NCBI RefSeq assembly: GCF_009914755.1
Contig: NC_060935.1
Length of the DNA: 64,000 bases
From: the human T2T-CHM13v2.0 reference genome, Homo sapiens
Reading direction: 5' to 3' (one strand)
Part shown: positions 14,888 to 28,830 of the stretch, one piece after another
How positions within the stretch are numbered: the first letter of the stretch is position 1
How the letters are laid out: every line of letters starts with the position of its first letter
Notes under the pieces: generated by a model
What the model was told of the DNA's origin: nothing
The model's input: the letters and a program-made list of their open reading frames with translations, nothing else
Databases searched by the model: none
Made by a program: the position numbers and the translations under genes

Positions 14888-17800
14888 CTTCCTAGAAGGC
14901 TGCCTTGGCTTAATCCTTCCTACACTAAAGCTGGGTGATCTCATCAAAATACAAATCTGATCATATACACTCCCTCCACACACTTAAACACTCACCCAAC
15001 TTAACATCTTCCCAGATTCTCTATTATTGCCCACAGACAAAGGGCCAAACGTTCTGTGGTATGGTGTGTAGAACTCTCTGTGCCCTGCCAGCCACTTCCC
15101 CACTCATATCTGGAGGTCTGAGCTTGCCAAGTGCTTGCAGTTCACAGAATGAGGATTTGTCTAACGAGTTCTCTTTCTGCCACATGACTATGGACCTCAG
15201 GAGGGTTCGAACTATATTCTATTCATCTTTGCATTCCCAGAAGGCCTCAATCATTACTTATCAAATAGATGAATGAATGAAGAAATAATTCTATATTGCC
15301 TGAGAATCATGTGGATATGATTAGCGAAGACCTCAATTTTGGCTACAAAATGGCCTTTAAGTGTTATAAGTCCTATTTTTATTTTATTCAAGGATGACAC
15401 CAATTATATACATCACAAAGTATACTGTTAATTTGCTATTAATAAACTAAATCTGATTTTTAAAATCTGTTATACAGGGGCTTTTTTTACTGGGAAAGGC
15501 AAAAGAGGGCAAAGAAGTTGGCCCACCTGTAGTAAGGGCTCAATTTTGTTGAATGAGTGAACAAATAAATGGATGAATAAATGAATAAATGAACTATATA
15601 CATGACACAAATAATGTTACAATTTCAAAAGAGAAGGGAATTATTGCTGCATGGTTGACACTATGCACTTAAAGATTTTTCCAGCCTTTGTTCCCGGTAG
15701 CTCAGAGGAGTAATCAATAGATGGAGTTAATGGAATAGTCATTCATTATTTGAGGAAGGTGCCTGTATTTCTTCATTGTATCCCTTCATCTGAAAGTTTT
15801 CACCCCTAGGCCTCTCAGGAAAATCACTGCTGTTTTGACAGCTGGCTTTGCAGAGGCCACTCTTTATAAATGAGCCTACTGCCTAGGCCCAAACAGGACA
15901 CGTGTGTGCATCTTCTCAGGCCCCCAAGTCACTGGGTCAGATGAAAGAATCCATGCTAATTTATGTGCAAGGCCAGTTCTATCCTTTTGCTTCCAACAGA
16001 AAATCAAGGGACAGCAGGGTGCTCCTGACCTTTTATCCTTTAATTCCAGGCTTACCGAAATTCCAACGTAGCAGAGTCCTCAGAGATTTGAATCATTCCT
16101 TCCATGGAATGGGAAACTAAGACCTAGCAAGGCTAAAATGACTCCTCCAAGGTCACCCAATGACTTAGTTGCAATTCAGAACTTCTGATTTTGCAGACCA
16201 ATCCTCTCCTTCTCCACCATATCACATAATCACCGGGTCAGAGATTTAAATGATTCACTTTGTAGATCAGAATGTTTAGGTTCAGAGAAGCTAAGAAGTT
16301 TTTCTAAAGACTGTGCCTACAATCATGAATCCTGGGTCCTAACATTCATCTGCCACTACCAGCAAGTATCATGCAGTAACACCCAAGACATATAGTCACT
16401 CATTTCTTCTTATTTCATAGACACAGAGGACTAATCAAATTTCATTGTTAAGATACTCTTTTGTTTTTAACCTGTACTATCACGGTTTAAGGCCATTTTT
16501 TTTTCAGTTGACTCATGGAAAGCATCTATTTAGCCATCTTAAACATGAGCTTAAGCCAGGGAGTAATTTAAGATGATAGAAATTATCTTTCTGTGTCTAG
16601 CTACTGTTCTTCCAAGCTTTTCTTCTGTCTCTGACACTATCACTGAGTTACCTTTAATGAAACTCAATGGTAAAGTTCTTCCATGATACTAACATCACAA
16701 CTTTTACTTTTATTTTCATCAATAACTAAGGGGCTACATTTGCTTATCCTCAGCCAATACAGCACCTCTTTTTCATATCAATACCACCAAGGTGGTTTCT
16801 CAAGGTTGAGAGCAAAAGATTTTCTAGATTGGTATCTTTTTATAATATGTAGGCTCATCTCTAGCTTAGTATTTCATTTCTACATGTCTCTAACATGCCA
16901 GCTTTTGTTTTTCACTAAGATTATTTTCCTCAGAGTGGAAGCTAAGGCTCAGATCATTGACTCTTAAATGGTGAAAATGAAGAGTGACTTTCTCTGAAAA
17001 CGGCTACTTTTATTTATTTTTTAAAATTGAATTACTTTGGAGCGTTCTGACCGGAAACTGGAGATTAGATACACTGGTTTAAAAAGAAGGTATTTTTGCA
17101 GGGCTTAACTTAATTCTCCAAAACTGAGAACTCCAACCTCTTCTATTCAAACCCATCCAAAGCTTGTAAAGTTGATCCCTTACTAGGAAAGTGTGGCCAG
17201 ATTTCAGTTCTTCAGGTTAAACTGTTTTTACTTTTTAACTCTGTCATGTGGCATTTCACTTTCAACCCCACATTCTCAGATTCACCCACTTTGTGGTTTA
17301 ACTCTCTCTTCCCTCACTTTTCTTTATGTTTTGGCTCATTTCAAGGGTCTTGCAAAGTCAGGTCTCAACCTAATTTTCGAATCCTGTAGCATTGGATAAA
17401 AGAAATCCCATTAGATTCCATTAAATCCCACTAAGCTTCTGACTCTCTCAAAAGTCAGGATGAGATTTGATAATGAAATAGGGCCCCAGAATGCCATGAA
17501 ATGACCACAGTCTTTCTACAACCTCCAAGAAATATTCCCTGGGGTCCTAGGATGTGACTGGCAGTATGATGGGGCTGGCTGGGAATATAATAATGCAGCA
17601 AACAGAACAGGGTCTCTGGCCTTATGGAACTTATATTCAGGTGGGAGCAACAGATAATAAAGAAGTAAATAACCTATCAACATAACTCAGATTATAACTG
17701 CAAGGAAGAGAATTAGCAGGTCCTATGAAAGAGAGTAACAGAGAAAATTACCAAGATATGGCAATCCAGGAAGGTGTCTTTGAGGGGGATCAGTCAATAT

Positions 17801-19017
17801 TTTCTGTCTGTCTAGCCCTTTTTCAACGAACAGTAAAGATAGCTAAGAAATAAACTTCCTTGATTATGTACGGCACAATGTAAGAAGGCAGGAAATACAT
17901 GCATGCATGCACACCACATGTGCACGTGCACACACACACACACCCCAGAGATGTTTAGAACAGTATAGCAAGCACATAGTTCCTTGTAAATCTCAATTTT
18001 CATTAGAACGCTCAGTGCAATCATCTATAGTTGATTAGCTGACAATTAATTAGACAATATTTTTTAAAAATCTACCCTTGTGATGAAAATATTTTCTAAA
18101 ATATTTAATTTTCTACCTTCAGAAGGCAAGCTACTAATGGTCTAATGTTGAAGCAACTTTGCGGAGATTAAAATGCAATCCATTAGCAAGATTGGGCTAA
18201 ATGTGTGTATACTCTGAACGTCAATTACTGTTGTTGTCCTTGTGGTTATTGTCTGGGTGTGGTTTGGAATAGTTCAACAAAGCTAGCATATTTCTTTATT
18301 TTCTTAGGCTCTATTTTTGTCTCCTTAAAAATTCTCATTATTATAGGGAATTGGACTCTGGGGAGTTGAGATGCGCCACAACACAATGACTTCACTGAGG
18401 AGACACCAAATAGGCAGTAGTAACGGTGTCCTATGAGAACTCTATTGTCATTGGGCTTCTAGAAGTCCTGAGAGGGAAGATGTCCTCATGACTAGGGCCA
18501 TGCACCTTGGTTCCAGGGTCCCCTTCCAGGGTCATTCTACTTGGCCACCATTGACTTTCCATATCTTGTTCATGTGACCTCAGACATTCAGTGGCCTTGA
18601 TGGGATTTTTCCCTCGGCTCTGCCAAGATGGCCCAGATAATGACATTAGGAAGCCATGGCACCTAATGTGTCTTGGCCCAGAAACAGATCATTTCTCGTT
18701 GCATGCTGGGGCAAGTGGGGTCAAGGGAAAACTTTGTTCAAAGAAAAGTTTATGAAGAAGTTTGAATTTACAAAACAAACAAACAAAAAAACTGAAATTA
18801 GGTCTGCTCTTGTTGTGGGGGGAAGGAGGGAGGGATAAAGTTTTACCCCACAACACCACATTTCTAGCCCCTCAGGGCCCTTGGAAAAATCACTGCCCCA
18901 GAACCGGGATTGTACAAACCCTTTAACGATTATAAAGCCTGAGATAGTCACTTTAGGCCAGTAGTTCCCAAACCCGTTTGATCTTCCAAATTATGTACAA
19001 GTTAAAAAGTAAATCAT

Positions 19018-19326
19018 GGCTGGGTGCAGTGGCTCACGCCTATAATCCCAGCACTTTGGAAGGTGGAGGCGGGCTGATCACCCAAGGTCAGGAGTTCAAG
19101 ACCAGCCTGGTCAATATGGTGAAAACTCGTCTCTACTAAAAATACAAAAATTAGCCAAATGTGGTGGTGTACGCCTGTGATCGCAGCTACTCGGGAGGCT
19201 GAGGTGGAAGAATAGCTTGAATCGGGGGGCAGAGTTGCGCTGACCCAAGATCACGCCACTGCACTCTACTGTGCTCTAGTTTGGGACAACAGAGGGAGAC
19301 TCTGTCTCAAAAGAAAAAAAAAAAAA
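19018..19326 (+). mobile_element. AluS inserted in a MER5-like element
   Basis: Alu consensus; TSD aaaaagtaaatca. Confidence 0.93.
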
Positions 19327-20339
19327 GTAAATCAGTTTCCAGGCTTTATCCTGAAAGATTCTGTTCTCTAGGTCTGAGTGGGCCATGACCTTAAAAAAAA
19401 ACATATTCTTCCATTTTTTCTTTGCATCTCTAATGAGAGACAAGATCTCAGTGACCAGCATTACCCTAGCAAGGAGGGATAATGGGGGCCTCCTGCCCTA
19501 CTTTTATTCTAGTCCAGAGACAGGAGTCCTCAGTCCACCCATGGTTAAGCCTAGTTCCTCTATAAAGGGAAATGAGCTCAAAACCATTAAAATAATACAG
19601 ATGACTGTTTCTCTTTCTCTTTTTTGGTCAGGCCTTGTCTTCTGTGCACATCTTTGTTTCAAGAGGTCTAGCCAGGGATTCTTGCTACACTCTACCAGTG
19701 GGCTCAGATATCAACCAAGTGTCTTTCCATCTCTTCGTGGCCAATTGATGGTGACAGATAATTAGCTTGAATTGTTAAAAGTATAGTTCCTATGGTATCT
19801 TCAGAATCTCAATATGCCAAATACGTGATCTTCAGGAAGTAAACTATTCAACTGTAGATGGATAAGACAGAAGGTTAAACTGCTCCAAACAGCCATGAAA
19901 CATAACAGGTGATGATAGGTTAAGTCTTTCAGAACTTTGGAATCTGACCACATAACAGGAACCTGTAATCTTCTCTTCTGAGATCATTTCTATGGGAAAG
20001 GGACACAGGTGGCTAGAAGTCTGTCCTATACATGGATCCTGGTATAACATGGACAAAAGAGGAAACAAAAGAATGAAAGAAAAGAGAACAAGGAACATAA
20101 AAAAAGGAAACAAGAAAAGTAAAGATTTCAGGATGAAAATAGGAAACAAGATATTGAAACAAGGAAACAAGGCATGATATTTTAAAATGCTACCCAAGCC
20201 TATCTCAGTCACTGGCCAAGCCTCACTACAGTGCTGTCTCCTGCCATACCCAAGGGACTCCATTCTAGGAAGACCATAGGCTACTTTCCTCAAGGTGCCA
20301 TGCAAAGATACTTCATTATGAGACTCATTAAGCAGATGC

Positions 20340-20890
20340 TATTGATGGCACATTCAAATCTTCACCCCACCTTTCCTCAATAGCACAGCCCCCAGTTTTA
20401 TTCATGTATTCATCTTCCCCTGGGAAGCCTGTGCTCCAGAAAGGTAAACTTATTCATAGACCCAGGTGAGGGTATCTTGATTAGTTAGTACATCTATTTC
20501 CCTTGCCAATGACTGGTTTAAGGAGGTGCGGTCACCCAATCCTGGCCAGCGAAACATGAAGAAAAGTCTGTGGATGGGCTTCAAGGAAATGGTCATCACC
20601 TATACAAAGAGACATACTGGAAGGAATGACCTTGTTTTTCCAATGAACACTGTCATTACTTCATGCTATACCTGGAACTTCGGCAGCAGTCATTCTCAAA
20701 CCTTTGGGACAAAGCCACCATGTAAGAGGAATACTGAAAGAACCCGAGTTCCTGGTATCATCACTGAGCCCCTGAATTACCAGATGCTGAAAACTGCTTT
20801 GTGCCTGGACATTTTTTTTTAATGAGAGACTAAATTCCTTGTTTCTTACAGCGTTTTGTTTCTTACAGTCAAAAGCCTCCTAACTGTTCT
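20340..20890 (+). mobile_element. Old MLT1-type LTR
   Basis: MaLR-like 3' end ttcttacagtcaaaagcctcctaactg and internal gtcacccaatcctggcca. Confidence 0.5.
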
Positions 20891-21119
20891 ATGTTTACAT
20901 GTTCATAAATTCAAAAAATAGTGTTTCAACCAAGCAAAGCTTTTTGTATACCTTCTGCTTCTTACAACAGCCTGGTAAGATATTATAATTTGATTTGCTG
21001 CCTCTGGCAAAGATACTCAGTGTCCCTGTAAATGAAATCAAATGATGATGACAATTATGAGATTTGGAACCAACACATCCAATATTTACCTCTGTCAGGC
21101 ACCATCCTAAAAAACTTTA

Positions 21120-21412
<293 letters not shown>

Positions 21413-24400
21413 ACCTTTATACGTTAACCTACCTCATCTTTACAGTAACCTTATGAGGCAATATCTATTATCCTCTTTTACAGAGGAGCTAAATGAAGTC
21501 TACAGGGGTCATCATGAAAAGAGAGTGGAAAAGAATGGCTGGGTTTAGGATAATAGGAGTATGCAGAATATATCCCCAATCCCGGCAATCCATTTTATCC
21601 ATAAGCAAGAAGGTGGTAGTGCACTGGCTGTGAGAGAACCAGGGAAGAGCTCATTAAAGCTCCAATTATGAGGACTCGTCAGTAGAGAATTTGATTTAAT
21701 AAGTCTGAACTAGATTCCAGGAATCTGAATGTTTAACCACCTGCCTGAGAGATTCTGATGGGCAGTCAGGCTTAGGAGATAGAAACTAGGGGCTAGAGAA
21801 AACTGAGCTGCCCAAGATTTGGGGGACATAACAGGATAAATTGAATTGAATTGTCTCTCCTGATCTCTGAATTCCTTTCCAAGTAGGTATGCAAAACAGC
21901 TTCACAAGTTAACCACACCATCAGAGTGGTTGTACAACCTTAATTCTTACTATAGATTTAGCATCACAAACCAAAGTTAATTTGCTTCCTAAATCCTACA
22001 GGACCCCAAAAGTTGTATGTGTTTTCTTGTCTTCTTGACAACCTTACTAATGCACTACCCCCAATTTGCCTTACAGACAGCTAAGAACCTCTTGAAACAG
22101 ACATAGAATAGCCTTTAATGTGAAGAAAACTTTAAAATCCCATCAAGCGAAGATCACAATCATTTCAGGAACTTAGTATTGGAGATATTCCAAAGTCTGG
22201 ATTGACTCTAAAGAGTTAAAATAAAGTAGGCATACATTTCCACCACAGCAATTTTCTGCCTACCACATTCATAGAGCATGAATATGAACAAAGATGAATG
22301 ACACTATAGCAGGCACAGCAAATGCATGGTATGAGTAACCACACCCCTACCCCATAGCATGAGAGACACTGCTGATAAATCATAACATCTTTCCCACTGA
22401 GTTTGGATATAGCATGAGGATCCTTCTTAACAAAGTGCTTCAGGGAGCCACTTTAGATTGATCAGAGCTGGCAAGTGTGATGAATTCTCTCTGCCACACC
22501 TGTGCTGAAACCCCTTCAGAAAAGGAATAAAAATTAAGCTCGCTCCCTTCTAGAAGGAAAAAACAGTGTGCATTCATTTTCCAGACACTCTTCTGATGCA
22601 TCCAAGTCTCGTTATTATTATTATTATTTCTATACGTCTTCATTTCTTGTTCTTAAAGGGTACTTGGATAAATGTTTGCTGAATTTAATTTAATATTTTT
22701 ACTACTTTGGCTAAAGGACGTAGCATTTCCCTAACATGAATATTAAACTCAGAAGAGCCCATGAAGCACTGGAATGAAAACAGTTAATTATCAAGTCACC
22801 AAGGCTGGTAGCAAGAAGCAGGAGGCACGGCTTAGGAAGCTGCCCATTTTTCTTGCAATAAAGAAAATAAAGACAGTAATTCTAAGAACATTTATTAACC
22901 CCCCAGTATGGGTAATTGCCATCAGATGTGGGTCTGTCAGTCTTGCATTAACATAAGCTACTGCATCTTGATTTTCAATGGCACTGTAATGCCCATGATA
23001 CTGTAGATAAGTGCTAATGCTGGAATTTTGAGAACCAAGTCCTGTGTCCAGCAAATGCTTTTAAAAGAATTTCACTCTCAATGGTTGCTTGCCCAGAAGA
23101 AATTCATTTTGTGTTAAAAAAAAGAAAGAAGAAAGAAAGAAAACAAGGAGGCATTCAATTGAGCAAGCATTTTCTTAATTCATTTTAAGATAAACTCTTA
23201 CATTCCCCAACAATTTCTCCAATGGATGCAAATGTGGAAAGAGAACCTGTATGGATGGGTTGGCTGTATGCTCCATTCTGTATTGGTATATGACATCAAA
23301 TAATGGAATGGCGATAAAACAACAACAAAAAAAGGAAAGGCTTTATAATAGTCAGGACACGCCAACCAATTTTAAATTGAATTACACAGCCTGCTAATCT
23401 TTATGATGGGATAGAATTTCTTTCAACATTATGCATTATACTAAAATTTGCAGCACTTCTCCCTCCCCATTTCTTAAGCTGCTATCCCCCCATACTCCCC
23501 ATATATCTCCCCAGTGGAAAAGCTTCCCTTCAACTCCAAAAGCATTGTTACTGCTGACTGGGAAGGCAGGGCACAGCTCTGTGCAAGATTTCATTTTTAT
23601 AGCTATTGTTAGTCGGTGTATATCTATATTCCATGCCAGGGCATACACAAACACTTTTATGAACACTGGGCATATTTCCCTAATAATCACAAGCACAAAA
23701 TTTTTAACAAGGTAGATTCAAGCCTATGTATACGGTAAAAGACATTTTTTAAACCAACAATATTGAGGAGCTTTGTTATATTTTACAAATGAATGGACAG
23801 AACACTATATACTATATATTTGATGAACCAATCACACTTCAGAAATTCTGGACTATCCACGTCGAGAAGACGTAGTAACGCTGCTAAAGTGTAGGCCTAT
23901 GTGTCTGGGACGTGTCCTTCCTCATCCTGCATGTTTCTCTCTCTTTAGGCAATGGAACAGGGTACTAATGAGAAGGGAAAGAGCTTGTCCTGTAAGCACG
24001 GACACCCTCATACTTCAACCCCTCTGGCCCTGATGAAAAGAACTACCAAAGGACGAAGAAAGAACTGCCATGCCAAGCTTCTTGATCTTTCCTCCTTCTG
24101 TCATGGGAGAAGGAGTCTCCATAATTACCTTAGTAAAATCATGTATAAACTATTTCTAAGAAATAAAACCCTTCTTAAAATTTAAGTTCCTCTCTGATAC
24201 CTTATACTATGAATTCTTACTCTGCGATGCATTTTGGTTTACTTATGGTAAAAACGAGGAACTCACCATGTACACTGACTTGTGAACAACAAATTCACAC
24301 TATTACTGAACTATATCCATGACATTTTTAAAAAAACAATTCCCAGGCAGGCAAAGAAATCAAACATTAGATCTGAGAACTACTACAAGAGTTTATGGTA

Positions 24401-25298
24401 GATTATGAGCCACAGAACAGCTACCAAGAACCACACACAGTCTCTGCTTAGGATCTTTCTAGATATTCTAGACACTCTTTTAACCGACAGTCTCCAGCCT
24501 CTCTGAGACACATACTGTCTGCTGCCCAACATGCACCCACTAACAGCAGCCAGGGGCTGTCTCTAATAGTCACCTGTGCTCTTCTGCTCCATGCACAGTT
24601 GTCCTAGAGCCACCTCTGTTTATCTCCAAACCAGTTTATCCAGCTGTATTTTTTAATGTAATCATCTCATGTAATTATAAATGACTTTAAAAATCATAGC
24701 ATTCTAGAAAGATTCTGCACTCAGATTGTTTCACAAGCATCTTTATGTTCACCAATAAATATGCCAAAATGAAAATGTGATACGTTTTTAATAAAGATGA
24801 GAAATTAAATGTGTGATTTACCCAAGAAAGACAGTGCTGACCTATAATCACTGTGTCCATACTTAAAGGGAAGGCTTCAGTTCTACCTCAGGACACTGAC
24901 CAAAGCATGCACATCTTATGCTTCACATTAAAATAAAACTATTTAGCTATATGATTATCATTTGTATGGGTTCCTACGTTAGCTGACTTTTTTGATGAAC
25001 TGAACACTTTTCTTTCCTTGTCAGGTTGGATAAGAAGGCTTTAACTGGACTAGGAGCTGCGTATGCACAGGACTGTGAAGATAGAAGTCCTTCCTGCCTT
25101 CCCACCACCCTTAACTCTTGTGTGGCCTTTTCAAAGGACAAAATCTCCAGATGCGTTACAAAAGACATACATTTTGGTTTTGCATTTTTTGTTTCTATCT
25201 ATTTTTATAGGCAAATTATTAGTTTACTCACTTTCATAGTATTAAATGTGTATGCTTAAAATATTCATTTTGGAATTCATATATAAAATCACATTCAG

Positions 25299-25589
25299 GG
25301 CCAGGCATGGTGGCTCACACCTTTAATTCTAGCACTTTGAAAGGCCGGGGCGGGAGGATCATTTGAGGCCAGGAGTTCGAGACCAGCCTAAGGAACATAG
25401 AGAAATCCCCATCTCTACAAAAAATTAAAATATTAGCCAGGCATGGTGGTGTAAAATTATGGTCCCAGCTACTTGGGAGAATTGCTTGAGCCCAAGAGGC
25501 AGAGGTTACAGTAAGTGGTGATCATACCACTGCACTCCAGCCTGGGAAACAGAGCAAGATCCTGTCTCAAAAGCAAACAAACAAACAAA
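25299..25589 (+). mobile_element. AluJ
   Basis: Diverged Alu with J-type features (gaggccaggagttcgagacc, ttgagcccaagagg). Confidence 0.9.
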
Positions 25590-25704
25590 ATATATACGTA
25601 CACACACAAAAAAGTATGTGTGTGTGGGTGTGTATACATGAATATGTATGTGCATATATATATACACACACTCATATATATACACATATATATGTGTGGG
25701 TGTG
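25590..25704. repeat. Compound (TA)/(CA)/(TG) low-complexity repeat behind the Alu tail
   Basis: Directly visible. Confidence 0.8.
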
Positions 25705-25918
25705 ATTTTAGCATTTGTAATAGCCTATAAAATATACACATATAATAGTACTGATGGTGGTGGTAGTGGTAGTAATAGTAATAATAGTACTGGAGCTACC
25801 AGTAGGAATGCTAGGATACACATATATATGAGTGTAAAATCATAAAAAATGATGTTAAGGAGATATATATATGTGTCTATATATACACAAACATTTTCAG
25901 GCTCTGTGGTTACATTGC

Positions 25919-27535
25919 TTCCTAAATCCAGGATTTCTATGAATAATGGATTCACAAAATGAAGAATACACAATGAAAATACTAAAATATCAGTTAGGTT
26001 TCCTAAATTCCTAAATTACAGCTAACTATTCTGGTATTCCTACTAGTAACCCCAGTACTATTATTACTATTACTACCACTACCATCACCATCACCACCAC
26101 TAACATTATTATATGCTCTTGGTTGATTAACAATTCTAAATTGAGGTAATAAAGGGAAGAACTATACAGGACTTGGTGGGCACTGAGTCTCAAACGACTA
26201 GGGAATAGGATTAATTTAGAGTCAGCAAGTGAAGAACTTCCTAACATTGTTCTCAACATTTTACAGACAAATCAAAGCTCAGAGGCTGTATATTTTATAG
26301 TTAGATGTCTGCCCTCACAGGCAAGTACAGTCTCTTCAAAACCAAAAGGAGCTTTACCTCCTAATTTCCAAACAAAGAAGGATAAGTGAGATTCATAAAA
26401 ACGGCAGCGAGAAGGGAGACAACACAGTTTAATTGTACACGTTTATCCTGAAATTAGAAAAAAAGAATGCTGCTTCTTTCCTGCTCTTAAAATTTGAACA
26501 GCTAAAAAAAATGTAAAAAATGTAAAAAAAGTTTACCCCAGTTTCATAATGTACACAAAACTTGCTGCAATAACATCTATGATAGATCAATAATGCATGT
26601 TATAGTTAGCTGCTTAATTATTCATTTAGGGTGTACTATAAATATGGCATTAACACAAATTCCGGATGTGACAAAAGCTGGGAAATTCAGGCAATGTAAC
26701 CAAAATTAAGTCATTTTTTCCCTACATAAATGCTAAAATAAGGCAAACAAAAAGAATGTTCATTTGGGGGACAAATCAAAACAGAAGACTTCCTTTTGTT
26801 TGCCTTTCTTTTCACTTTTTATTACCTATCTTTGGTTAATGTTTTGTGCTAGCATTTATTTTTATTTGTCACCTATGACTTTTTGATATTGTCTTATATG
26901 TCATTTTCATATACAGTAAGTATTTGGAAATGAAGGGAGTATTTACAGCATTTAATTTTAGCATTTGTAATAAATAGCCTATAAAACATACATCATTTCT
27001 TAAAATAATTATCAATTTCCTTAGTCAAAATGTCACTTTTTACGTTAAAAAATAGGGGAGAATTTTATGATGTTCCAGAAAATAATTATGTTGGAAGAAA
27101 TGACTTTTAATTTTGGTTGCAAAGGTTGTTCACTGTACAAGAAGAGTAGCAGCCAAGGGGGTAAGTGGGAGCTATCTGCCATTCACCGAGTATGTACCCA
27201 CCAGGCCCAGGGGACTCCTCTTTACACTTTGTAGAAAAGCACTTTACAGATAAGCAGCAGCCCCAACCAGAAATAACATATTGGAAAAATACTGAAAATT
27301 TTTAAATGAAAATGCACAACTATCCCCACTTCCTTCTCCAAGTGGTGGTGATGGTGGTGGTAGTGCTAGTAATAGTAATAATAGTACTGGGGCTACTAGG
27401 AGGAATGCTAGAATAGTTAGCTGTAATTTATGAATTTGGGGGGAGATTTAGGAAACCTAACTGATATTTTAGTATTTTCATTGTATATTCTTCATTTTGT
27501 GAATCCAGTATTCACAGAAATCCTGGATTTAGGAA
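25919..27535. repeat. Long inverted repeat, arms 25919-26101 and 27341-27535
   Basis: Manual alignment gives about 10 mismatches in 183 nt plus one 12-nt indel. Confidence 0.93.
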
Positions 27536-28479
27536 TAAAACAGAAAGGAAAGAAAAAAAACAAGAATAAACAAAACCAAAACCAAATATAGGGATGTAAC
27601 CATATGTCTGGAACTGAATCATCCCCACCAGCCCCATTTAGGCTAAATTACGAAAGCTTGCTAATCAAACGCCTTTGTAAGGGCCATTCAATTCACAACT
27701 CTGGAACATGACTTCAAGTTTCCACAAGGACTAACAGCCAGGCCAGAAACACACAGAGTATCTCAACATCCAAGTGTCCAGTACCACAAGCCAGGTTATC
27801 AAGGCTCTTTGGATTTCATTATTTAGCACTTTCTGGTCAGCAGTCTAGCAGCATTCCATTAAACAAACCTAGTTTATTTGACATTTGTTACAAATTTCAT
27901 TAATTGTTAAAATTAATCAGGACACCACGCCGTATCTTTTGAAGTCAAAATACATATTAGGTAACTTTCTAATGTAAATATATCTTCTGACCTTTGCCAG
28001 TAAAATGTAAAAACTAGAAATGAAACAAATATAACATCAGTCGTTTCCACGTGGCTACTAGTCTCCAGGATCCTGGAGTCCCACCCTTCTTGTATGCCGC
28101 AGAAGAATGCAGGATGTGGGACATAGATACTGCCCCTTGGAGCTCTGTGACCCAGAGCATGGTGACCTCTCTGAGTTGCAGCATCTGGAGCTGCAGATCA
28201 AGAATAACTTCCTTGTATGTTTGCTGGGCGGGCTGAATGAGATAAATGTGTTTGCAAAATACACACCTAGTGTGGTGTCTTGTCACTTAATATACAGCAA
28301 TTCTCATGATTATTAGAAATGTAGGTCCAAATCCTAATTTCATAGGACCAAGTTTCCATTAAGAAATCCTTATTCCTTAAGGCAACAAAGTAAGAAACAG
28401 TGTTTTGATTTGGTTTGAGTTTTAAAACTGACTGCAGTGCATGATTCTGTATAGAAGCCTGGAATAGAAAAAAAAATGT

Positions 28480-28683
28480 CATAAATGGCATGATTAAGAC
28501 AACTGGAAAAATATGAAAAAGGTCTATAGATTACATAACAGTTGTATTAATTTATATTTCTTGATTTTGATAACTGTAGTGAGCTCATGTAAATGAATAT
28601 CCATGTTCTTAGGAAAGATACATTGAAATATTTAGGGTAAAGGGGCATGATGTCTATGACTTAAACTCAAATGCTTCAGGAAA

Positions 28684-28723
<40 letters not shown>

Positions 28724-28830
28724 AAAGAGAATAATAAAGCAAATGTAGCAAAACATTAACAGTTGGGGAAATCTGTGTGACGGGTATATGAGTGTTCATT
28801 GTATTATTCTTGCAACTTTCCTGAAACTTG
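28480..28830 (+). mobile_element. Old L1M 3'-end fragment containing a (CA)n microsatellite at about 28689-28719
   Basis: L1M 3'UTR-like text such as gtgttcattgtattattcttgcaactttcctg. Confidence 0.6.

Noticed and set aside
17898-17912. Overlapping TGCATG (RBFOX) motifs
   Set aside because: Part of an alternating purine-pyrimidine microsatellite, more than 15 kb from either exon.
19844-20305. Longest ORF in the window (153 aa), hydrophobic
   Set aside because: Produced by an A/G-rich low-complexity tract; non-ATG start and no recognisable domain.
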